Positions 53,286-64,000 of a stretch of 64,000 nt of DNA are shown here, piece by piece. The number at the start of each line of letters is the position of its first letter. The stretch's first letter is position 1. The DNA is from Bigelowiella natans CCMP2755. Taxonomy: Eukaryota > Protista > Cercozoa. A model generated the notes under the pieces. The model had not been told where the DNA came from and made no database searches. It saw only the letters and a list, made by a program, of their open reading frames with translations. Location of the stretch: NCBI GenBank assembly GCA_000320545.1, contig ADNK01002625.1, forward strand, positions 1 through 64,000, given 5' to 3'. A program made the position numbers and the translations under genes.

Positions 53286-56281
53286 ATGGGTGCTAGCGAT
53301 GAGAAGCAGCTTTGGTCATTGCGGAAGACACCAGAGAAGAGTGGCGGTAAAGAGAACAAAGGCCCATTAGAAGCTCTCCAACAATTGCCATGGATCGGAC
53401 TTGTCATAGTAACGAAAATGAAACACTACACATCTGCATGCTACCATTGAGGATGTGGAGTAAAATTTATCGAGACAATGGTAATTGTACAATTTAAATT
53501 TTTAGACTGTTAAAGATGCAGTAAAGCTTACTGGCCCAAACTCTAATCAAAAGAAGTATTACAAATCAATCATACTTTTAGTTTTTGAAATTGTCTGATG
53601 AATTGAAGACACTAAACTTTAAATCTAAAGTACGCTTAAAAAAATAGGTTTTTGCAAACTAGTGAAAAGTGTGTGGATCCTTACTGCATTATTGGTAAAT
53701 GCACAACGGTTACTAACTTGAGTTGATAAAAAATAGTTATGCAAATGAGATTGCTTATTAATATTTGTAACAGACGTAATGTCAATCCGCGATGTTACTT
53801 CTGCGATACTAAAGCAGAGTAAACGTACGAAGTAAGAGCCAAAAACTTGGTTCAGTAATTACGAATTTAATTTAAGTCAATATTTGAATAATAGGACTTT
53901 GAAAAAGACTTTAAATCCAGTAAGTCCCGAATTGTGTTCGATATGTAGTGTAGCTGTGTAACATCGTTTGTGTTTCATTCCATCAACTCTACAAACTTTA
54001 TACTTTAAAGGGAATGAACTAATACCTTCAATTTTGTAACGATAATAAAATTAATGCAGGTATGGGATGAATCGTTTACTTTTAGAGGTGCATCATTTTC
54101 TTATGCATGTTGAATATTGTTAAAGAAAATTTCATTTAGCCTACCTAAATGGAAAAACTACCATAAAGTTCAAAGTAAGAAACGCCAGAGTGAATTGTGA
54201 TCAACCGTTTAAGGGCAAGGTATAATATAAGAGAATTGATATGTCGAAGAAAATCAAATAACCTCGCGTGGTTGGTAGGCCAGGATCGATCTTGTAATAT
54301 CATCGCATATGAGGCAAAGGCAATATTGGTTACCACTGGAGCAAACTGACTCAGGATTATTACATGTTGAGGTTCGTGAATCAAAATATAATATTTTATA
54401 TCCCAATCATCTCTTTATATTCTCGATATATTTTAATTGGTAGTCTGCTCATTATTTTCTCCTTTTATTTTCATAAGTGGACATGAATACAAAAGCATAT
54501 TCATTATATATCTCTTAGAGAAATGCTAACTCAGGTGTCTACTCGAGAAATAACAGGGTTGCAAAGATGGCACAAAGCTCTCCATCAGATTATTTTGAGC
54601 AAATCTTCGGCAGATGAAACAAGGGCTATGTTGGGAGAGGAGGAAAGCCTAAGCAGCATTGGAGCCGATAGTGAGAATCTGAAAAAGAATACGAATCCAC
54701 GACTAGCATTGCTTACATCAGGAGCTTCTGTGCACCGTTCAGCCAATGAATCTGCACGGTCTATGTCCCATTCTATATTGGACAACGAAATGAAAAAGGT
54801 GTTGCGGACGAGGACGAGGAGCGCATCTGTTGGAACCCGAAGGGAGGAAAATGGTTCTGAAGAACAGGGTGATGAAAGCACACATGATAGCAACTTAGTT
54901 GAAGCTGATCCAAGCACCATCTCCGTTCGCAGTAAAACAGGTTCCAAGAAATTTGTTGCAAAATTAGTTAACATGAATTCAGTACCCACACCACCTTCGA
55001 AGAATCACAGTATAAATATACGAACTCTGACCGAAGGTATGGTTTCAATTAGATTTTATACAGCGCATAATTCTTCTTATTATAGATGACATTCTTATTT
55101 TAGGTACCGATAGTCAATCTCCTAACCAAGTCTTGTCGTCCCCTGACAAAGCTACATCACTTCCTGAGGGAAATCTACCATCACCTGCTGAGCGTAACGA
55201 TATTGTTGTAATATTAAATGAAATTATATACTTAAAAGTTGATTCTCATTCAAATACATTGTAGGATGGTATCAGTGGAGAAACTGAAATTCAAACCAAA
55301 GAAAAGAAAGAAGAAAATGACAATAGTACGGCCAAAATAAATGACCCGAGGAAGAACAATGTGAGAGAAATTGAGAAGAACTCTTTGGAGAAAAGGGAAA
55401 AGGGAATTAAATCATTCGAAGAGCGATTGAATGGAACATTCGATCTAAGACAAGGTATTAGAAGACTTTGACTATATATTTGTATCTCTGTGCTTTTTGC
55501 AACGTTAAGCATTTACATTATGTTTTCTATGTGTACATGATCTGAATATAAAATTTACTTTAATCAGATGAATCAAAATTAAGAAAACGAATCATCTCTG
55601 GGCGAAATCTATTAAAGAGACCTAAGAAAAGTCGGATAATAGCTGAAATGAAAGATATGGTTAGCCTACATGTTCGAATGGTGGCAGCCGAAATACGGCA
55701 TAAGGTTTTGAAATCGAAATATATTCTGACTATTTAAGTTATTTTATATTTAAATACAGGTTGAAATATATAGAGCAGAAATAAGAAAAGAACTTGAGTG
55801 GGCTCGTGATGAGATAGAAACTTCTAGTAAGGTATTATGTAGCCTCTATAAATTTAGACAAGAATATGTTATTCTAACTATGCATATCCAGGGTGCTGAA
55901 ACGCAGGTAAAAGATCTTCGCCGAAGAATTCTTCATGTCCAGGAAACAACAGCTCCCGCTAAAAGCTGGGAAGAAATCATTGAACGACAAACTAACATGA
56001 TGAACACTTTAAAAAAGATGAAAATACGGATGGAGGCGATGGAATCAAAGTATTTACATATTTAGCTAACGTAATCTATTATATTGTTCTAATATTGATC
56101 TTCGAATGTGTTAAGGTTGGAAGCTATGAATGCAAGATCTTCTGTACTTCCAGAAATGCAAAATCGCATCGAAACTTCATTTGGACCGACATTAAGTATG
56201 CTGTTAAATTATTTCTTTGAAGGCTTAATGGTAATTGCTGGTGCAATGATGCAATTAATGAACCTAGCTTTGGGTCAATGA
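53286..56281 (+). CDS. C2-domain protein with coiled coil and hydrophobic C-terminus
   Basis: Short exons read TVKDAVKL, DPYCII, TLKKTLNP|VWDESFTF and QYWLPLEQTDSGLLHVE|VS (C2 signature), followed by ORF 54523-55037, coiled-coil exons and LMVIAGAMMQLMNLALGQ*. The start is approximate. Confidence 0.8.
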
Positions 56282-56289
56282 AGCATCTA

Positions 56290-56950
56290 CTTGTCTAAGG
56301 CTAGAGCTAGAGAGGGGTAACAATGACAATGTACTCAAGAATTTTGCTAGTTTGTAATAAAGAAAGCTAGAAAGCCACCTTGAAACATCTAGAGGTACCA
56401 TCGCTGCCCGCGCGCTAAGTGGAATGAGTGGAAGAGCTACGATCTAGCGATGTTGCAGCAACCATGTTTCCATTTTCAAGATCATGGCAGTTCTCTGTTC
56501 TGCAAGATGTGATCTAGATGATCAGAGGACACAGGACAACACATGCTAGCATGTGCCAAATGAGACATGTTGAGCATGTTGACAAAAACAAGATGCGAAT
56601 TGCGCAAATTTGACGCGTAAATCTAGCTAGCTGGCACTGAGAAAATGCATTTTGTGTTTTCGAGCTCGCTCGTGTTTTTGGAATTAGGTCTAGATCAGTC
56701 GCTGCAATGAGCAAATGTTGTGCATTGTTTCGTCAGGTGGAGTTGGTTGTTTCCTTCTTTCTCCTCCACATGGAACTCACACTGGGGAGTTTGTTGATTT
56801 TTCCCATGATGCTGCCCTGTTTGCTTGAATTTCCATTTTCATCGTTCTTTTTTGAGGTGATAACTAAAATTGTCTGCAAAATGGATGAACAGCATGAGTT
56901 ATTTCTCACATGGAGGCATGCAGGTAGCAATGATGCTACGAGCTGATAGC
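56290..56950. other. TpA-depleted, CTAG-rich intergenic block 6
   Basis: Begins right after the C2 gene stop, with the same TpA-mostly-in-CTAG signature. Confidence 0.7.
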
Positions 56951-58013
56951 AATTCTGTGGGGTGATGATGGTTTCCAATGCACCTTTGCCTCTTCGTAGA
57001 CTTTGATGACCTTAGACAACAGTGCACAAGCTTCAACTTTGACCGACATCGGGTTAAAAAAAATTAAGGGGCTGGTATACTTTGTTATACAACTCCTACC
57101 GATCCATCAACACCCATCAGAGTTAATCCAAGAGCTTTTGAGGAAGATGAGGTGACATTGAGATCTCTATCAGGCTTTGAGTCTGTTCCAAGTATGGAAA
57201 AGAAGTTAATTGCTCAAGTTATTAGAAAGGAGATGTGACTCTAACCATGTAGACTCTTGCCAAAGGAAATCATGATACGAAACACTGAAGCCATTTGATG
57301 CACAACAGCCTTGAAGTGGATATATGGTCAATGAATTTCCCCAAACTTAGCAAAAATATCAGTTTTAATCCGAATGGCCATGGTGTTCTGGTGCTTCTTT
57401 TCTTTTACTTTCTCCGCCACCTGTTGTAGCATGCATGAACTACATATATAGTAATCCACTTACTGCATCTTACAATCGCAGGGTGTTCGTCGGTTGGCTT
57501 CAGAATTTGTTTCAAGGAATATTTTCTGTACATTGAGCAATCAGGTTTAGGAATTCTTCAGCGTGCTATCTATTAACATCGCGAGTAACACTTTTCGAAG
57601 TTCTGGAGATCTGATGCAGTTATAGTCATCGAAGCACCACGCGAAGTTGTCGCAGAAGCGCCGAGAATTTGTTTGGTTTCTAAATGATTAATTCAGTCAT
57701 AAATGTTTAATTAAGTCACAAACTATTTTAGAAATAAATTAATAGTGCACGATGCATGGTGGTCTTAACCTTCAAAGGTAACTGAAAACTCCGACTCGAT
57801 ACCGAGAGCTATGAAACAGTCCCGAATCAAATAAAGAGTCTACGGGGAAAAAATTAAGTCCACAAAGATTTCACAATCAGATTACCCACGTCTAAATTTA
57901 GGATCTAACATGCTAACATGCAACCTGAGTTTGAAACGATGTCCTTTTATCGGCTTGATTTCCCAGAGCATCAGCCATTTTTGTTCTACTGTCGATTTTA
58001 AGCTGTGGAAAAC

Positions 58014-58071
58014 AAACAGCACTAAGCGAAAAACAGTAGTTCCAGCTACCGTTTTTCGCTTAGTGCTGTTT
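58014..58071. repeat. Near-perfect inverted repeat / hairpin (21-bp perfect arm plus inner stem)
   Basis: AAACAGCACTAAGCGAAAAAC-AGTAGTTCCAGCTACC-GTTTTTCGCTTAGTGCTGTTT. Confidence 0.9.
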
Positions 58072-58623
58072 AATTTCCCATGTGTAGCTCCGTTTTTTAT
58101 CTTATTGTGCATAAAAGGAGTTGTCGTGTGGTGTCGAACCATTGCAAATAAATCCCTTCAGTGTTTCTCCAACTCAGTGCCAGTGCACTATTGTCGCATG
58201 ATGTCGAAGTAGTGCAAATGATGCAACTGTAGTGTGCTTCAAGAAGCTAGTTGCATCTGCAACTACGTGTAGATTAGCGTGGAAATACTAGAAATATTAT
58301 TCGAAAAAGGGCTGTCGCTATCCTAAAATCGGCTGGATATATACGAATGAGCGAGCGTTGCAATTGCAGAAACGGCTTGCAAACGGCTGTGTTGAAGTGA
58401 GAAAGCAGGTTTTCCCCGATTTTGGACACAGAATACAAAGTCGCACTAGCATTTTCCAGACCAATTATATGGCATAGAATAAAGATTGATTTTTTTCGTG
58501 TCAGTATTTCTCCTTGTTGTTGATTCTTCATTCGTGAAAATCGTACCACGCCCTAGCCGTCTAAATGTGAGCTTCCTTATTTACACACTTAGAATATTTT
58601 TATCATAACTTTGTAGATTGATA

Positions 58624-61600
58624 ATGACTGGAATTAGTGATATTTCCCGCAACGCGAAGGAACTTGGACGAAGAATGGTTCCAAAGTTTATCTTAAAGCT
58701 TCTTCAAAAAGTATTTCCATTTATTCAGAAATTGCCAACGGAAATTGTCGACATTCTTCCCGGGCCAAGCCTTTCGGCTCGTCCAAGATCTAAGAGAAAC
58801 ATAGAAATACCAGATAAAAAAAAGTCAAGCAAAATCATCTCTGGGGAATTTTGCTGCCAATTCGAGGGAGTGACGATCAAAATGAGGCAACTCTTTGTTG
58901 GAAACGGCTTCAGAATTTTGCAGACACTTTGAGGGCTACTACAAGTAAACTCGACCGCTCATGTATTCGAATGTTCATTGGTATCGACAAAGATGACATT
59001 GTGTATACACCAAAAAAGTCTAGATCAAGAATTGAGTCCATTTTTAACACTTTGGGTGTGACGACATACTTTCATTACTTTGAGCCCATTTATTCTGGTA
59101 AGATATGCTGGATTTGGAATGAGCTAGCATGCAAAGCGGTAGAACAGGCTAGCGTGGAGTTTATTATTCTTCTGGGTGACGATGTTGAACTATGCACAAA
59201 TGGTTGGAAGAATGAGATTGAGTCAACCTTTTTATCAGTATCACAAACAACCGGACTCCCATTTGGCATTGCATGTGTTGCCTTTCGTGATGAAAATTAT
59301 GCAGCCTTTCCAACGTTTCCAGTCTTACATTGTACTCATTTACATGTATTTGGTGAGCTATTTCCTTCTGAGTTTATTAATCAACATGGAGATCCATATG
59401 TCTTCGAAATCTACAGAAGATGGGGCGCATCCATGTTTGCAAAAACGTCGAAGCTTCGTAACACAATTGGTGGTGCTGACGCTTCACGCTACAGAAAAAT
59501 ATCATCGTTCTGCTGGCGTGATACTATTTTGTCGAAAGCTATTCAAAAACTCTCGATGTGGCTCGAACACAAAAAGGTCCAGAAAGCTCAACAGTACCAC
59601 TGCTTGGATGTAGTTGTTCCAAGCTATCGCTGTGATATCAACCTTCTTCAGAACTTTGCAAATTTGCGAGTCTCTATCCAACCAGCGTCCATCACAATAG
59701 TGATCGTAGTTGACAATCCAGATCTTTCACCAGAACATCTTGCTATTATTCAATCGCTTCAGTCACATGATCCTAACCACATCGTGCGAATTCATAAAAA
59801 TGAAGTAAACCTTGGTGCTAGCGAATCAAGGAATACAGGATTATCGCAATCATTTGGAGACTATGCCATCCTTCTTGATGATGATGTTATTCCAGAGATT
59901 TCACTGCTTGACGCGTATCTTGGAGCAATAATTAGAAATCCAAAAGCAAAGATCCTCGTTGGGCACACAAAACTTCCGTCACCTCAGACTTTGCTACAGA
60001 AGGGATTTATAGCATCTGAAATGTCATTTTTCTACGACGTTTGTATGCGTATGCCTAATCCAAGCTGGGGAGTAACAGCGAACATTTGTGTTAAATCACG
60101 CACACAGAATAAAGTTTGGTTTTCCGCTTGTTTTCCAAAGACAGGCGGGGGCGAAGACGTAGACTTCTGCTTGAGGTTGAAGAGGAAAGAAGCTTGGCAT
60201 GAACGGAATTCATGTATAATCGCTGTTCCTGGAGCAAAGGTGCTGCATCTTTTTTGGAACAACATCACAAAACAAGTCAGTGGTTGGGCATCAGGAGATA
60301 CTCTTCTGTTAGAAGTGCATCCAGAGTTGGCATTCTTTGCATTTCCAAATTGGGTCGAGTGGATGTTCGTGCAAACAGTTCTTTATTTATTGCTTTTGAT
60401 GGTCCATAGCCTACCTCTTTGGTTACTCTTACAATCTGTTCTAGCTGTTTGCATTGCAGAACTCATTCTTTCTGTGATTATTGTGTACCAGAGAACAAAA
60501 TTTACAGAAAGTATTTGTAATAGATTACTTCAATCAGTTATTGGTACTTGGTTCCTCATGGTTCAGGATGTCACCAGACTATGTGTAAAACTAAAACGAC
60601 TTCAGATTTACCTTATAGGTGTCCAGTTTGATTGGCTAGATAACCAACGAGGGCATGTTGAAACAGTGAGGATCTCAAACTTCATAAAGAACATGTTTGT
60701 TTTATCAATCATGATTTCTTTATTTTACCCTTCAAATTTGGTGAAGCTGATATCTTCGATAATCAGTATACTATTGTTGTATTTCTGGTGCACCTCTCAG
60801 CATGCGAGTGTTGTTAGCGATATACCTCTACCCTTCGAAGGGATTCTTCAGAAAATACCTGATGTTCAGCCTTTTGTCATTCTTACATGGCAAAGAACAG
60901 GTTCAAACCTTTTGTGTGGGATTTTGCATAATCACCAAGACATTACGATGCATTCGGAGGTGTTCCACGCACGAAAGATACACACATTCCATGAGAATAA
61001 ATGGAGCGACTCTAAAGACTGGAATTGGACTTCAAAGTCTCGAGATGAGGAGCCTGAGACCTTTCTGAAAGATTTGCTTTTAAGGACGCCATCTCTGTTA
61101 AAACGTCATAACAATAGCTACGACAATGACCACAAGAAGAATAGCATTATGACATGCTCGAGATCGCAAGCAGTTGGATTTAAATTATTCCCAGAACATA
61201 TTCGTCGCATGGGTGAAACAGGAGATCATGTTTTTCGTAAGATGATGGCAGATCCATATATCAAAAAGATCATTCTTATGAGGAAAAATGCACTTGAGGT
61301 CTTTGTATCTATGAAACGCGCAGCACTTACAGGAAAGTATCTAAAAGATAATTATGACCATCTGCAAGTGCATGTAGATCCACCCGAATTACAACTGTTC
61401 TTGAGAGATTATCACAAATGTTTTAAGTGTTACGATGAAATGCTTAAAAACCAAGCGACCTATAAGATTACATACGAGGATCTTGTAAACTACCGAGAAA
61501 GTTCCATGAAAGCTCTGTTGTCATTTCTCAATTTGGATGATGGCCATATCCCTAAGCCAATCGAAGCCACTCGGAAGCAGTCGAGCAAACCGATGCACAC

Positions 61601-61673
61601 TGCAATAAAGAACTACAGCGAACTCAAATTGTGTTTCAAACATTCAAAATTTGCTTCAATGTTTAATCACTGA
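58624..61673 (+). CDS. Tandem GT2-like glycosyltransferase domains + membrane segment + C-terminal sulfotransferase (Stf0/LpsS-like); uninterrupted 2.8-kb ORF with a frameshift near the 5' end
   Basis: GT-A domain 1: FIGIDKDD..IILLGDDVEL. GT-A domain 2: DVVVPSYR..IVVDN..GASESRNTGL..LLDDDV..GGGEDVDF. Then 3-4 hydrophobic helices, the PAPS-binding loop FVILTWQRTGSNLL, GFKLF, LMRKNALEVFVS and ITYEDL. Confidence 0.85.
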
Positions 61674-61859
61674 GACGCTAGTAAAGGTTCTGGACCGTTT
61701 GTTCACAAAATAGACACAGTAATATTACATATACATATACAGAATGTATTCTGTGTGATAGACACAGTAACCATATTGTTCACCCTAATGCGTCACATTA
61801 CGTTGCCTATATTTCACAATTCCTGAGGAAATTTTTATTGAATACTAGAACTGACAGCA

Positions 61860-62440
61860 GCAACGAATCCATTTAATGCATCCATTCTGACAAATTGAAC
61901 GCGCAGAATCAAGATCTAGCCATAGATGTGTGTGGCCCTCTAGCTAGCAAGCGCTGGTTGAATGCTGCGTAGCCACCATTAGCACCGTGGTCAACAGACT
62001 TATCTTGCCGTAAATCTAGCATGCGCTGCCTTGCTAGTTTCGTCAACATTTTCAGCACAATATCTGGAGCACAAAACACACGAATGAACAACAACGGTAG
62101 GCGAGACTCATTTACTTGAATCATCAAGTTTTCGGTGATTCCGTGCAATCCATGCAGAACAAGTTGTCATCCGAAACGTCATCACACTCCATCATGCTAG
62201 CACGACAGCTTAAGCATTTGGACATTTTTCGACAATCTAGCATTGTCCGACTCCTCCAACTTCACACATGTCGATCTAGATGCATTGCATGGTTGCTTCG
62301 GACATTGTGGTGTTTGCTAGTTCATGCCAGTGCACACAAACATCTATGTACCAACTGAGAGGCACAATTTCCGCAGCATCTTTTCACATGTCCATGCACA
62401 GTGCACGCAGAGCAGCACCATCTAGAGAATTTTTGGATTT
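61860..62440. other. TpA-depleted, CTAG-rich intergenic block 7
   Basis: Same signature, though weaker. Lies between convergent 3' ends. Confidence 0.65.
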
Positions 62441-62565
62441 ATAGATTTATCTCTGTTAGTGCAAACAATCAAGTATAGATGGAATCGACTTTATGTTGGT
62501 CATGACAGCTACACCACACCGTCCTTGCAATCTAGCAATGTGCATTGTGAATGCAAATATGTCAT

Positions 62566-64000
62566 CTACGTCACGTTACTAGAAGGCGCATCAGCAGGAC
62601 ATGAAGATACTTGTTCCTCCGCACGGGAATTCCAAATATTGTCGTTGTAATAGTGTCCCAGCCGTTTGATTGCAGTTCGGATGCTCGAATCGTCTACTTG
62701 AGCCACACACATACGAAAATATCCAGGAACAATCTCGCCAAACGACTCACCGGGAGCAAGCCAAACGCCAGCATCGTCGCGGAGACTGTGTGTTAGTGAA
62801 CGAGAACAAATGTTACCAGATGGATTGTTTAATGTAGGATCGCTGGCAGAAACCTAATGAACCAAACCCTTCCTCTTCTCCACCAATTTCTAAGCGATCA
62901 CTTCTGCAGTCTCATATACTGACATTGTTCTAAAATGGAAGAGAGCTGCATGGCAATGCATTATGCTTCTAGTCAAAAGGATTGTCTCTTTTTCTTTGCT
63001 CCCAATAGATATTTTATAATTCTCCATGATGAGCTACATCCAATAATAGAGCCCATTCCTATTTTATGAAAACCATTTTTATATCGATGTACCGTAGGAG
63101 TAATTCCCGTTCCGATTCAAGCGAAATAATGCCGTTTTGGTCGCTAATATCGGAAACAAGGGCAAGTCCGCGTATAATTATGGTAACAATTAAGAAGAGT
63201 GTGTAATCTTTGTGTTTTCCCTTCCACCCTTCACTCCTATATACAGCTCTATGAATGCGGATCATACCGCAAAAGTTTCCGCAGATCCAGCCATACAAAC
63301 AGCCCCGCACTAAGCGAATCAACAGAGCAAACACGAAATTAGAAGCACCTTAAAATAGCTTGACGATTAAGCGGAAATAGTCTATAGAAACAACAAGTTA
63401 TTGCGACGTGAGAATAAGCCACCTTGGCTTGTAAAAAGGTATTTTCTCCTTCTCAAGTGCAGTTGCCACCTATATATCATTCATCACAATGTGTGTGCGT
63501 AAGTGTGTGTGTGTGTGAGTGTGTGTGTGTGTGTGTGTGTCAATACTACTGACCCTCAAACTATTACTATTTCGTTTGCTTATTCAAATATCTTCGTATC
63601 GTTTTCAATAACACTTAAATTATAAGCGATCTTGGTTCATATCTAGCGTATAACATAGATGACGAGAAACATCTCGGCGTTTGTTTGTTTTTTATTCGTG
63701 TTAATAACCAATTGATGCCTCTGGGATAGACGATCTTTGTTCTAATAACAACAAGAATACGATTAAGAATTGTGTGTGGAATTAGAAGCACCATACAAGC
63801 TCAGTTGAGACCAAGGCTACTCCTACCTCTTTCACGAAGTATTTGACAAACTCTTGGTCCTCTTTGAGATGTCAATGGCGAGTAGAAAGAAGAACAATGA
63901 TTGACCGAGATAAACAATAATCATTAGAAATATGGAACGATAAGCTATTTCATGAAAACAGCACTAATGCATCTTACTGTTCTATGCATAATTGCGGTAG
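62566..64000 (-). CDS. PLP-dependent class I/II aminotransferase, ACC-synthase-like, 3' part only
   Basis: Exons RLSQRHQL|VATALEKEKIPFYKPS|AGLFVWLDLRKLL..ESERELLLR|LRDDAGVWLAPGESFGEIVPGYFRMCVA..; stop at 62566-62568. Confidence 0.85.

Noticed and set aside
54145-54384. 79-aa minus-strand ORF
   Set aside because: Antisense to recognisable C2-domain exons.

Overview
Intron-rich eukaryotic nuclear DNA (GT-AG introns, many microsatellites), probably from a secondary-plastid alga. A chlorarachniophyte is suggested by two genes with signal-peptide plus transit-peptide leaders; this is inference. Splicing by hand gives about 10 genes: a pre-SET/SET/post-SET histone methyltransferase, a NUDT7/8-like Nudix hydrolase, a CCR4/PDE12-like EEP nuclease, a large NHL/zinc-finger/PDZ protein, a small unknown plastid-targeted protein, a C2-domain protein, a GT2-GT2-TM-sulfotransferase fusion with an uninterrupted 2.8-kb ORF, and an ACC-synthase-like PLP enzyme. 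Two observations stand out. (1) One minus-strand gene (11972-22538) splices in frame as plastid leader + triosephosphate isomerase + linker + SMP-30/gluconolactonase + a KAEKKEEV repeat tail. (2) Seven roughly 0.6-1.6 kb intergenic blocks, mostly just past gene 3' ends, have lost almost every TpA except inside CTAG while keeping CpG. This looks like a regional, context-specific TpA->TpG/CpA hypermutation process. Exon boundaries were read by eye and need RNA-seq confirmation.
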